DNA of 63,242 nucleotides, filler included, from Octopus bimaculoides (Eukaryota), in the NCBI RefSeq assembly GCF_001194135.2. It is 7 parts of 6 records of this genome, joined end to end, with 100 filler letters (N's around TTAATTAATTAA, not from the genome) between each part and the next. Parts side by side here need not be neighbours in the genome. Positions count along the whole stretch, not along the records: positions 46,887 to 52,237 come from NC_068982.1; positions 52,338 to 61,568 come from NC_068999.1; positions 61,669 to 63,242 come from NW_026407410.1; 4 more parts are not named here. The stretch is one strand, 5' to 3'. Shown here one piece after another: positions 51,215 to 63,242 of this stretch. Below the pieces are notes generated by a model. That model made no database searches. It was not told the origin of the DNA and saw only the letters and a program-made list of their open reading frames with translations. The first letter of the stretch is position 1. The number at the start of each line of letters is the position of its first letter. The translations under genes and the position numbers were made by a program.

Positions 51215-53096
51215 TATATGTGTGTGGAGAGAGAGAGAGAGAAAGAAAGATAAGAGGTGCATTTTCCCACGCAGGAAAAAATATGAAAGAATTTGTTTTG
51301 AGGTTTGAAAATAATCTAAATCGCAAAACGTGTAGTATCTATTCAAATACCAAACCGGTTTCGAAAAAACCAATTTATTCACGAAAATCGAGCAGAAACA
51401 ACATATATAAACCGAAAAGTTTGAGTAGCAGGCTTCTTCAGGGATTCGAAACTCAAACTCCAATAACACCTCACACCTTCTCAAACATCAGGTGTTGACG
51501 TCACATCAAACAAAACCAATGAAAGTTTTCTCTGGTCAAAACTGGGCTATCAGGAAAAACAAATAAATATCGAACCGGCCGAAGCAGTGGCTTCTTAAGG
51601 GAACCTACTAACCGGAACACTAGATGACCATCAGAGAAAAACTGGTTACCAGGAGGAAGTCAGCCAAGCAAAACACTGAACTTTGCCAAACAAAAATATT
51701 TTGTCCAAAACAGAAAATATTTTCTGTTTTGGACAAAATATTTTTGATCAAAATTAATGAAGTCACAAAACTTACAACCAATCGGAACAAAGTACCATCA
51801 AAATTACAACCAATCAAAACTTGATCCTTTACCGTAAAAACATGTATATATATACTAAAAGATTTGGACATAACATTTCCAACTCAATAACAAGCGAATA
51901 AGGTAAAGAGATGCGTGCACTTCGACTGAAATTGAGAAAAGAACTCCAACAGGCACCACGACAAACTGTAAAAGAAACAAAATTCTTTCTTTCCATCTTT
52001 TTCTCTTCTTACTTTTTTTGCTTTATAAAAATTCAGTATGACTGAACTTTCAATTATGTATATTGGTTATGATCTTCATTAAACATCTACATTTATATTA
52101 CTGTCTATCCCTGTGGAACTCAATGAAGTTTCTGTGAACCTTTGAACATATGATTGCTTAAACAATGTTTTTCCGAATTTTACCTTGTAATTATAAGCTC
52201 TCCTAAACCCTTTATATATATATTTTTACCATTGATGNNNNNNNNNNNNNNNNNNNNNNNNNNNNNNNNNNNNNNNNNNNNTTAATTAATTAANNNNNNN
52301 NNNNNNNNNNNNNNNNNNNNNNNNNNNNNNNNNNNNNCCCCCCCCCAGCACAGACATAAAACTAGACAAGAGCCAATAACTGCTGATGCTGCTGTTGCTG
52401 TTGTTGTCATTATCGTTCTTGCCGTGGTTCCAGATTAATCCTGATTCTGCAGACATATGCTCAAATGTTTCCTACCCTGACTACCCCCGTATACTCACGT
52501 ACATTTTTTTAATATATACGTTTGACTACATTTCTTAACGTATCCTTCATTTTAAGACTACAAGGTGAGATTTAAAGGAATTTGAGATGCTATTTCAATC
52601 AGATCATGTGACCATGCAGACACGCCCTTGTTATCTTCAGTAATGTCGTTGTTATTGTTGTTGTCTGATCCCAGATCATTCGTGATTCTGCAGACACGTT
52701 TTAACGCTTCCAGTCAGGCTCGCATCCATCATTTCTTTTTTTTGCAATATTTAATCAACTTTTTAACGTATCCATTTTCTAAGACTACTTGATGGGATAA
52801 GAGGAAATATGGGATGCTATATGTAGATCCACCCTAATTAGCTCATAGGCCCGTGTACTGTTGTTGCTTTTGCACTTTAGCCCTAGGACAGGCATGATTG
52901 AGCAAACAATACTCAAATACATTGCAGAGCCCACCCTGCCTTGTTCTGACATGACGAATCTAGTTCAAATATTGTTAAACTCTCCCTCCCTGGAAGTGGG
53001 AAGTGAAAGTTAACAGAAATTTGACCGCAATTTCTAAGATAATTAACGTCAACGTAGAAGATTTCTTTATGACCCATCAAAACCTAAAGTAGTTCG

Positions 53097-53132
<36 letters not shown>

Positions 53133-53296
53133 GGTTGTTGTTGTTTAGCATGTCTCAAGGAACAGATTTATAAACGAAGACAACACTTAGCACAAACGGG
53201 GGGCGATATCAACTTTCACCTATGCATGCATGGAAACAAATATCTGAACAGGAGCGCAACTCATTGCTTGTTGTGTGCAATAAAGAAATAAACGTT

Positions 53297-53672
53297 CGCA
53301 CGCCAGGCGAAATGCTTAGCGGTATTTCGTCTGTCTTTACGTTCTGAGTTCAAATTCCGCCGAGGTCGACTTTGCCTTTCATCCTTTCGGGGTCGATAAA
53401 TTAAGTACCAGTTACGCACTGGGGTCGATGTAATCGACTTAATCCGTTCGTCTGTTCTTGTTTGTTCCCTCTATGTTTAGCCCCTTGTGGGCAATAACGA
53501 AATAGGTATTTCGTCTGTCTTTACGTTCTGAGTTCAAATTCCGCCGAGGTCGACTTTGTCTTTCATCCTTTCGGGATCGATAAATTAAGAACCAGTTGCA
53601 TACTGGGGTCGATTTAATCGACTGTTCCCCTCCCAAAAAATTTCGGGCCTTGTGCCTAGAGTAGAAAAGGAT
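53297..53672 (+). mobile_element. Head-to-tail dimer of family-B SINEs with two different 3' tails
   Basis: GGTATTTCGTCTGTCTTTACGTTCTGAGTTCAAATTCCGCCGAGGTCGAC occurs twice (~53321 and ~53505); the first unit ends CCCCTTGTGGGCAATAACGAAATA, the second GGGCCTTGTGCCTAGAGTAGAAAAGG. Confidence 0.9.
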
Positions 53673-53789
53673 ATCGAGTGTCGTAAAAGGTTCTTTCAGG
53701 CCTGGACGATTTCTTTATCTTTGGCTATTTTCTGTTTTGAAGGAAGAAATTTGTTTTGAATATTGCTGGTTAAATTTACCCTCCTCTGT

Positions 53790-54100
53790 GAGTTTAAGAA
53801 GCTTCCTTCCCAACCAAGTGAACTCGGGTTCAGTTTCACTGCGTGGCACCTTGGGATAGTGTCTTTTACTATAGACTCCCGACCAAAGCCTTGTGAGTGG
53901 ATTTGGTTAACGGAAGCTGAAAGAAGCCCATTGTATGTATGTGTGTGTATGTGTACATATACGTATGAATGTATATGTATGTATATATGTATGTGTGTGT
54001 ATATCATTGTCTTTGTGCTTGTCCTTATCATCTTGTGTTGATTTGCTTAGCGGTTTGGCAAAAAGGGAAGATAGAGTAAAAAACTAAACTTTAAAGCAAT
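53790..54100 (+). mobile_element. SINE family A copy
   Basis: AAGAAGCTTCCTTCCCAACC...GTGAGTGGATTTGGTTAACGGAAGCTGAAAG. Confidence 0.8.
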
Positions 54101-54774
54101 GAGAATTGGAGTCGGTTGGTTCAGCTAAATTCTTCAGTGTTCAACTGTTGCTTTATCTTATCGACCTCGAAAGGATGAAAGGTAATTTGACTTCGGTGGG
54201 ATTGGAACTCAGATTAAATTGTCGAACGAAACACCAGTTTATTTTTCTCCACCATGCAAGCGATATCGCCAGAACACCGCTTTTCTTGGCGCACAAATTA
54301 TCAAATGACAGTTTAAAAGAAACCAGGCGCTTGAAACGTGAACAGAAATTCGTTTACCAGGATCATACACTCGACTTAAACTCAATTGACGGTCGTCTGC
54401 AAGATATGGAATGAATCACCAAAGTGAAGTGTATTTTACAAACGAGCTAACGAAACACTCGACCTTTACACAGCACTCCCACTGCTTTTAACTTTATCAC
54501 CGGATGGTACTGGCTTATGTCTTTTAACTCTGGTCGATTTCTGCGTGAAATGATTGAGCAGAGAGCACAGAAACTGCGAAGATGTAGAACAACTTTTACG
54601 ACCGGTAGTTAGGCACGTTATCGAATTTCCACTTATAGTATATATCGATCTGTGTTTAGCTGCTTTGTTGTGTGTACACCTCTCCCGCCAATCTCTCCTT
54701 CCGTCCTCTCTACATTTGTGTAACCATATACATATATATATAAACATATATATACATATATACACACGCGCACG

Positions 54775-54833
<59 letters not shown>

Positions 54834-55946
54834 NNNNNNNNNNNNNNNNNNNNNNNNNNNNNNNNNNNNNNNNNNNNNNNNNNNNNNNNNNNNNNNNNNN
54901 NNNNNNNNNNNNNNNNNNNNNNNNNNNNNNNNNNNNNNNNNNNNNNNNNNNNNNNNNNNNNNNNNNNNNNNNNNNNNNNNNNNNNNNNNNNNNNNNNNNN
55001 NNNNNNNNNNNNNNNNNNNNNNNNNNNNNNNNNNNNNNNNNNNNNNNNNNNNNNNNNNNNNNNNNNNNNNNNNNNNNNNNNNNNNNNNNNNNNNNNNNNN
55101 NNNNNNNNNNNNNNNNNNNNNNNNNNNNNNTATATATATATATATGAATATACATAGTTATATATGTAGGAATGTATGTATGTAGGACCGTATAGGGAGT
55201 GAGCTTGTGCATACATACGTTTCTGGTTTTGGCATTGTATACCGTAATCAATGCGCGGGTTAATAATCATCGATTAGAAAGTGGGGGTTGTTATTGTTAT
55301 AGGTTTTTTGTTTCTTTAATTGTTGCACCTGTGATTTATGTTGATGTAGTTGTTGTCGTTATTATTGTTCTTCCGCCTGTTTTGTTCTAGGTTTTTACTT
55401 TGCTGTTGCTGTTGTTGCTGTCGTTAAAGCTATGTTTCTCTCGTTCATTTCTTTTTTGTGGTTAAATCCTCATGCCATTTGGGTATATCTGTTCTAATTA
55501 TAAATCGTTATAGAATTTTCCATAATATTTATATATACTTATGAATGTAGGTACAGAATGTTAATATCTCAGTCCTCCTCTCACACCGTCTACATCCATT
55601 CTCCTCTCTCTTCCTCTTCCGTTGTCAAATATATACACGCACACGCATGCACGCATGCACTCACACACAGAAACAACCATTCATACACGCATACATACAT
55701 ATACACATACACACATTCATACATACATTCATGTATTGTTGCATTCATTTGTAAGTATTGAGTACTGTATTTTCGTTCGTGTAGAAACACATATTGTTTA
55801 TATACATATTGTTTATATACATATTGTTTATATACACATATTGTTTATATACACATACATGCAAATACGTAATGTTTGTGTGTTCCGGGGACGTGGAATA
55901 AGTACAGTGTTATTGGACGCTCAGGAAAGGAAAGACAAGAAAGAGG

Positions 55947-55981
55947 ATTTCACGTTTCGAGCGGAGCTCTTCATCAGAAAT
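55947..55981 (-). ncRNA. 35-nt minimal type-I hammerhead motif (probably inactive, G at position 17)
   Basis: Minus strand ATTT-CTGATGA-A-GAGC-tcc-GCTC-GAAA-CG-T-G-AAAT: stem I 4 bp, stem II 4 bp, palindromic ACGT stem III. Confidence 0.65.
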
Positions 55982-57169
55982 ATAGGAAAAGTTCAAAGGG
56001 AAGACAGAGAAAGAAAATCGCCAACGATGCACACCCGGTCAGTGAACTGAAACCACGATCTCACGACCGTCGAGGGCAACACCCTAACCACCTGGNNNNN
56101 NNNNNNNNNNNNNNNNNNNNNNNNNNNNNNNNNNNNNNNNNNNNNNNNNNNNNNNNNNNNNNNNNNNNNNNNNNNNNNNNNNNNNNNNNNNNNNNNNNNN
56201 NNNNNNNNNNNNNNNNNNNNNNNNNNNNNNNNNNNNNNNNNNNNNNNNNNNNNNNNNNNNNNNNNNNNNNNNNNNNNNNNNNNNNNNNNNNNNNNNNNNN
56301 NNNNNNNNNNNNNNNNNNNNNNNNNNNNNNNNNNNNNNNNNNNNNNNNNNNNNNNNNNNNNNNNNNNNNNNNNNNNNNNNNNNNNNNNNNNNNNNNNNNN
56401 NNNNNNNNNNNNNNNNNNNNNNNNNNNNNNNNNNNNNNNNNNNNNNNNNNNNNNNNNNNNNNNNNNNNNNNNNNNNNNNNNNNNNNNNNNNNNNNNNNNN
56501 NNNNNNNNNNNNNNNNNNNNNNNNNNNNNNNNNNNNNNNNNNNNNNNNNNNNNNNNNNNNNNNNNNNNNNNNNNNNNNNNNNNNNNNNNNNNNNNNNNNN
56601 NNNNNNNNNNNNNNNNNNNNNNNNNNNNNNNNNNNNNNNNNNNNNNNNNNNNNNNNNNNNNNNNNNNNNNNNNNNNNNNNNNNNNNNNNNNNNNNNNNNN
56701 NNNNNNNNNNNNNNNNNNNNNNNNNNNNNNNNNNNNNNNNNNNNNNNNNNNNNNNNNNNNNNNNNNNNNNNATATATATAGAATTGTTACGTATGTATGT
56801 TTGTATGCATGTGTGTATGAGGTGGGGCGGGTTGTATGACTTCCACTTCAAATAGTAATCGTCCACTTCAAATAATCAAAAGGCCTCTTTATTTTACAAA
56901 TTCCTTCCTGTTCCCCTCCAAAGGTCGGTTGTGTGTGTGTGTGTGTGTGTGTGTGAGTGTTTTCTTTCTTTTTTTCTTTTCCCTTGGCAAACTTCTATCG
57001 TTTCCACCACCCCAGCCGTGGCAACCCCAAATCTGATTTGTTTCCAACTCCACTTCAGAACCCGCCAGATACCTTAGAAATTCACTAAAATCCAAAGCAG
57101 CAATTTCCTCGTCACACCACCAAAACCACCGTCTTCTCCTCTACTACTACTACTGCTGCTGCTGCTGCT

Positions 57170-57427
57170 TCTTCTTCTATTACTATTACTACTACTACAA
57201 AATTCCCAGAATCCTTAACAGTAATTGTCCTCTACTACTACTAGTATTAGAACTGCCACTACAACAACGACAACAGCAACTACTACTAACATTACTACTG
57301 CTTCAAAGTTCCCAGAATACTTTGCAGTGATTTCTTCACCACATCCCCGCCATTACTCTGGTGCTACTTCTGTTACAATAACAACCATTACTACAACCAC
57401 CAACGCCACTACCACCACTCCTATTAT

Positions 57428-57465
<38 letters not shown>

Positions 57466-57503
57466 TTAACAACAACAACAACAATAATAATAATAATAAT
57501 ATC

Positions 57504-57538
<35 letters not shown>

Positions 57539-57540
57539 AG
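57170..57540. repeat. Compound trinucleotide region (ACT)n/(AAC)n/(AAT)n
   Basis: Directly visible; it explains the Thr/Asn-rich pseudo-ORFs. Confidence 0.9.
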
Positions 57541-58318
57541 TAAACATAAGAGCACCACAGCAAACCACAGCACATACCCAAGGCGCACAGAGCTGCACTC
57601 GGTAGTNNNNNNNNNNNNNNNNNNNNNNNNNNNNNNNNNNNNNNNNNNNNNNNNNNNNNNNNNNNNNNNNNNNNNNNNNNNNNNNNNNNNNNNNNNNNNN
57701 NNNNNNNNNNNNNNNNNNNNNNNNNNNNNNNNNNNNNNNNNNNNNNNNNNNNNNNNNNNNNNNNNNNNNNNNNNNNNNNNNNNNNNNNNNNNNNNNNNNN
57801 NNNNNNNNNNNNNNNNNNNNNNNNNNNNNNNNNNNNNNNNNNNNNNNNNNNNNNNNNNNNNNNNNNNNNNNNNNNNNNNNNNNNNNNNNNNNNNNNNNNN
57901 NNNNNNNNNNNNNNNNNNNNNNNNNNNNNNNNNNNNNNNNNNNNNNNNNNNNNNNNNNNNNNNNNNNNNNNNAATACAGTAAACATAAGAGCACCACAGC
58001 AAACCACAGCACATACCCAAGGCGCACAGAGCTGCGCTCGGTAGTGAAGTGAAAGCACGTTATAAAAATAAAACTACTGAACAATAATAATAATAATAAT
58101 CATTTACAGCTACTTATTTTGTCGAACTCGGAGTTTTCTTTCCTCAGTCGAGTTCCATATATATGTGTGTGTGTGTGTGTGTTTATCATCGTATATCATT
58201 TCCACCTTCGTTCATATGCGCATGTGTGTGTGTATGCTTATGTGCATGCGTGTGTGTCTATGTGTATTTAAATATGCATCATGTACATTTATATAACTGT
58301 ATACATACATATATAAAT

Positions 58319-58349
<31 letters not shown>

Positions 58350-58851
58350 AATGCTTATTTGTGTGTGTATGTATATACGTTTACATACACATAATTATAT
58401 GTGAACACACCTACATGCACATACACACTCGCTTGTGTGTGTGTGTGTTTGTGCAACTGTAGGTGTGTGAGTGTGTGTGTGTACGAATATGTATTTTTAA
58501 AATTCATATTTTTAACCTTTAATGTCTCCAGTTCTATAAATATTCAAATCTATGGGATTTACGAGGAAAGTTTCAACGACAGACATTTCTTTACAGTCCT
58601 CACACACTCGCATACACGCACATGCACATAAACACACAACACACAACATATACACACACATACACACGCACGCAGTTACTCATATAGAGAGACGTATGTA
58701 GACAGACACACCAGTGTCTGGTCGAGTTCGTGACGGTCGAGACTCGTCTCGTTTAAAGTTTTGTATCCCGTTAGCAAGGGCAGATAATTTTAACCTTCAG
58801 AATTGAGTCTGAAATATTTATGAGCAAATTTACAACAATAGACATCTTCAC

Positions 58852-58892
<41 letters not shown>

Positions 58893-58994
58893 TACACCCA
58901 TGTATACGTTTGTGTATGTTTATATTTGTGTGTACAAGTATGTGTTTATACCTGTGTGTACGTATGTATGCACACACACGAATATAATATGCCC

Positions 58995-59320
58995 AGGGGT
59001 GGCAGTGTAATAAGATGTTTGCTTCTCAACCACATGGTTCCGGTTTCAGTCCCACTGCATGGCATCTTGGGCAAGTGTCTTCTACATACGCTGCAGGCCG
59101 ACCAAAACCTTATGAGTGATTTTTGTAGATGGAAACTGAAAAAAGCCCATCGTATATATATACGCTTCACAACTGATGTGTTTATGTCATTGTAACTTAG
59201 CAGTTCGTCAAAAGGATCGATAGAATAAGTACTGAGATCACACATTCCTTAGACTACAAATTCTTCCAGGCCATGCTCCAGCTTGACCACAGTCTCATGA
59301 CTGAAGCAATTAAGAGATAT
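58995..59320 (+). mobile_element. SINE family A copy
   Basis: GGGGTGGCAGTGTAATAAGATGTTTGCTTCTCAACCACATGGTTCCGG... Confidence 0.82.
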
Positions 59321-61668
59321 ATCATTATCTTTACTTTTCCTCATCGCATTAGCGCATCTCTTACTATCCTGTGACCACGATCAGCTGTCTACTGCGATTT
59401 TGTCCTTTCTTACAACTACCCAGGGTAGCATTCATTTCCTTCTATTTCCGCCTATGGCAGGATACACACCAACAAGCGATAGTTGCATCCGTAGTATGAG
59501 TCTCTGTTATTGGATATATATCATGTTAGTTTTATCTGCCATACTCTTCTGTACTGGCTTAGGGCAGGCTGAAAGCAGATGTTAATTTTGGAGTTTTTCT
59601 TCTCTTCGATTGATTGCTTTCACGGTAGCCAAGGAGCTGAATCTACCCTTACAAAAAAAAATCTATTTAATCCACAGATATGACCCTGGCAGGCACTACA
59701 GTTCCGGTTCAGAACGGACCTGGTGCTAAAGGTAATAAAAAGTTGACTCCACGCTCTCCACATCTCCAGAACCCCCGAACTGGATCCTCACAACCAGATG
59801 CAGTTTAATGTCATTCCAAGGACAGAGTTGTATTTTTACTATGAAGAAATATTCAGGTTTTTCTTCTCCTCTACTGAATCCAACACATAACCTTTTGCTG
59901 ACCCTGCACCCGTCCAGTTATTCTGAATTCAATTCTGACCCTTCCACCCAAAGTGTGCTATACACCTAGTAATGGTATCTTTTCACATATCGGTGCCACA
60001 TGTGTGAAGAACCATTTTCTGCTTACCTCATCGATTCTCAGTTTCCGTTGGTTCTTCTAATCTTTTTTTTCCGAAATGCAATAACACAAGAAAGACTTGA
60101 TGGATCAATCTACAAATCTACGAGGTCTCACATCTAGAAGAAGCACCACCGTAAGACTCAAACCTATATCCTAGAATTAGCTGATTGCGAGAGTGGGGGA
60201 CAAAATACTTTAGTTTGATCTTTACGTAGCTCTCCCTAGATACGTTAAAGTCAGTTGGTATGAAATTTGTTAACTCGTGATATTTAATTACATCTCTCAT
60301 TATGTTTTTAATTACGCCCCTTCACGTTACAAATTCAAATTCAATCGAGTCCGATCTTAAAATTCCTCCTTCCTTGGTCAATAAAACAGAAAATGAAGCA
60401 GTCAAATCCTGCACTGAGTTAAATCACGTGTGTATAGAAACCCCCATATTATAAGATGAGATTATAATTTGTAGCCTTGTGCTTGTAGCAACCATCTTTA
60501 TTATCATTTTTGTGTTTGTTCCGTGGTGTTTGCGTGTGATGGAGTAACTTAGGGAAGACGAGGTATCTCGTGTTTGCACCCTGTACCTTCTCGCTACTTA
60601 AACATGTATGCAGACATTAATATTTTGCTAAAATATCGCAGTTATTATGTTTCTGGTAACACAATATAATGGTTTCTTTAAATTAATGTCCCACCTACCA
60701 AAAAGAAAAACAAACAAACGTACAAAAAAAAACGAAAGAAAATTAAATAACATAACGAAGAAAATACAAATGCCCACCAAAAAATTCTGCCCACATCTTA
60801 CCATTAATCATTTATCAAGAATTACTAAACAATGATTACCGACTATATTAAAAGTGACACAGCTTGTTATTTATTAATCTTTACTCGAATAGAAATCGCC
60901 ATATTCCCACCAAAACTCTACATCAGAAAAGCATATTAATGTGGCGCAAACTGTATTTATGATGCGTAACTACGGTCACGGAAGCTTAGCTTTTTTTTCA
61001 CTCTTTTGTTTTGATCATCCATTTTTTTTTCCTGATAGTTCTGTTCTATTTTAATGGAATATCTAAAAGCCGGGCACATAGCNNNNNNNNNNACTTCGTC
61101 TCTCCTCCCCCGCATTCTCTCTCTAGATCTCAGCAATATATATAAACCACAATGTTTTATTTTCAAGTGATATTTTTCTAATTTTGTTATTATGACATCA
61201 TATACGAGAGGTCTAGTATCAGGCTTTTAGCATTTAGAAAGCCGCTGTTAAGAGACTTTTCGCGTTACGTACGTAAAGAACGTTATTAGAGAAAGTATTT
61301 TTTTTTTTTACTTCTCTTTTTCTTTTGCTTTTTATTTTTCTTTTNNNNNNNNNNTTTTTTTCCTGATAGTTCTGTTCTATTTTAATGGAATATCTAAAAG
61401 CCGGGCACATAGCTCCCCCTCTCTCGCTCTCTCTCTCTTTCGCTCTCGCTCATTCACTTCGTCTCTCCTCCCCCGCATTCTCTCTCTAGATCTCAGCAAT
61501 ATATATAAACCACAATGTTTTATTTTCAAGTGATATTTTTCTAATTTTGTTATTATGACATCATATACNNNNNNNNNNNNNNNNNNNNNNNNNNNNNNNN
61601 NNNNNNNNNNNNTTAATTAATTAANNNNNNNNNNNNNNNNNNNNNNNNNNNNNNNNNNNNNNNNNNNN

Positions 61669-61712
<44 letters not shown>

Positions 61713-62936
61713 CTTAATCGTGCTAAATATACAAGTTGTATTTATAATAACTAGTAAATTATTCTTTCAAAAATTATGATTTTGTTAACTAGAACTGACA
61801 AAATTGGATTTGTATTCATTTCTTCAGCAGTTGAGTTTGAGATATTCTCGTATATATACACCAAATATATCGCTGTTGGTCGATCTTTTATATTCGAAAT
61901 ATAGAAAGATCATAATTAGTTTATTAAAACTCTGTAATCACCATACATTTCTGTTTTTATCCGGAAAGTGTTAAACAAATATTTATTAGTTTAATGCAAT
62001 GTAGTAAATTTAATGTAATTTAATTACTAAAATTTCTATATATAGTTACATTTCCTGTGAAGATATGACATGACGGAATGTTCTGTGTAGAATCTGCTGA
62101 ATGAATAATTTCAAGATCAGTAAGAAATTATTCCTTGAGGCTATCTGCAGGTAATGTGAAGGAATTGTTTCGCATACCGTATTTGATTTCATAAACGATA
62201 AATGCACCTGTTAGACACAGGATACCTATGGACTCCTGTGATTATTATTTTATTTTGGTGGACCCCATTGCCGTTCGATGTTTAAAAACTAGTCTTATAG
62301 AACCTTGTTTTAAAATTCCTATTTTGCTTTCCATGCCTGAAATTGTGTTGGTTGGACTATGTAAAATGTTAGAGAAAGATAACTGGTAGTTTCTTGCAAT
62401 ACATAGCAATATATATATGTAAGGCAACATATTTTGAAGTGTCCTTAAAAAAACTATTCGGATCACCAATTTACAATTACGTTATGGGGATCCTAAAAAT
62501 CCTTTTATAGACCCTCGTGGGATATATGGATTCCACTTGAAATCCACTATTAGACGGGCTTCAATTTCAGCAGAACAGTCGGGAAGAAAATATTTTAGAA
62601 CATTAATGCATTTATTGTTTAAAGCAATTTTGCATTTAGGACCTTGGACGATATTTACAGGCACACTTCTGTTAAATTGAACCCCTTATAGGCTGCCAAA
62701 TACGGTAAATCCAGATATCATTATTCACATCGAAGCCTGCTTTGCAACCCGTTGGTATTCAAAGACATATCTGTGTAGGATATTGACCTATCTTATACAG
62801 ATATTTCTTTCATCTGATATATTTCTAAATACCGTTGATTTGCTGGATCTAAAGTTAATTATATCCTATACTCTAAATTTTAAATATAATGAATCATTGC
62901 TCGTATTAATATTTTCCTTATTTCATACATCAACAA

Positions 62937-63242
62937 CGGCAGGAGCTTGCTTCCCAAAACCATGGTTCCGGGTTCAGTCCCACTGCGTAGCACCTTGCGC
63001 AAGTGTATTATGCTACAGCCTCGGGCAGTCTAAATCCTTGTGACTAGATTTGGTAAGCGAAAACCGAAAGAATCCCGTCGAATATACAAGTATATCTATG
63101 TGTGTGTGTCTTTGGGTCTTTGTTTGTCTCCCCTTCACTGCTTGACATCCGATGCTGGTGTGTTGACGTCCCCTTAACTTATCCGTTCGGCTTATGAAAA
63201 ATAATTACTGGGGTTGATATATTCGACTAAAAATTATTCAAG
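62937..63242 (+). mobile_element. SINE family A copy running off the window end
   Basis: GGAGCTTGCTTCCCAAAACCATGGTTCCGGGTTCAGTCCCACTGCG... Confidence 0.85.

Noticed and set aside
51350-51445. Minus-strand CTGAAGA...GAAACCGGTT hammerhead-like pair
   Set aside because: About 70 nt separate the halves, with no stem II or stem I pairing.
17800-63242. Search for the next lats exon (rest of the UBA domain, proline-rich region, kinase)
   Set aside because: I found no frame resembling ALxxxxxxxIEAAIEFI or kinase motifs; it may be in a gap, beyond the window or on another scaffold.

Overview
AT-rich, microsatellite- and SINE-dense eukaryotic DNA from a gappy short-read assembly. The repeat families and the (CA)n/(AT)n/(TACA)n load look like an octopod cephalopod (Octopus sp.; inference). 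The one host coding feature I can support is the first coding exon of a LATS/Warts Hippo-pathway kinase (+, 16451-17233). It has both LQEIR-type helices, ends at the start of the UBA domain with a phase-0 GT donor, and carries a long Gly/Ser/Asn insert. No downstream lats exon was recognisable in the window. The rest is transposon debris: three tRNA-headed SINE families, an RTE-tail-like non-autonomous element, Tc1/mariner fragments and MITEs with intact TIRs, TTAA-flanked piggyBac-like MITEs, a CR1/L2-like RT fragment, an R4/Dong-type RLE LINE 3' end sitting in (CATA)n, and a Penelope GIY-YIG fragment. The most interesting signal is a series of minimal type-I hammerhead-ribozyme motifs between 37 and 56 kb. 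One (40124-40182) has an intact catalytic core and lies next to a 283-bp foldback palindrome, which suggests a Penelope/retrozyme-like self-cleaving repeat system. CpG content also steps sharply from depleted to retained at the 35.3-kb scaffold spacer. Nearly all long ORFs in the track are artefacts of N-gaps or simple repeats. All alignments were made by eye and family names come from remembered motifs, not database searches.
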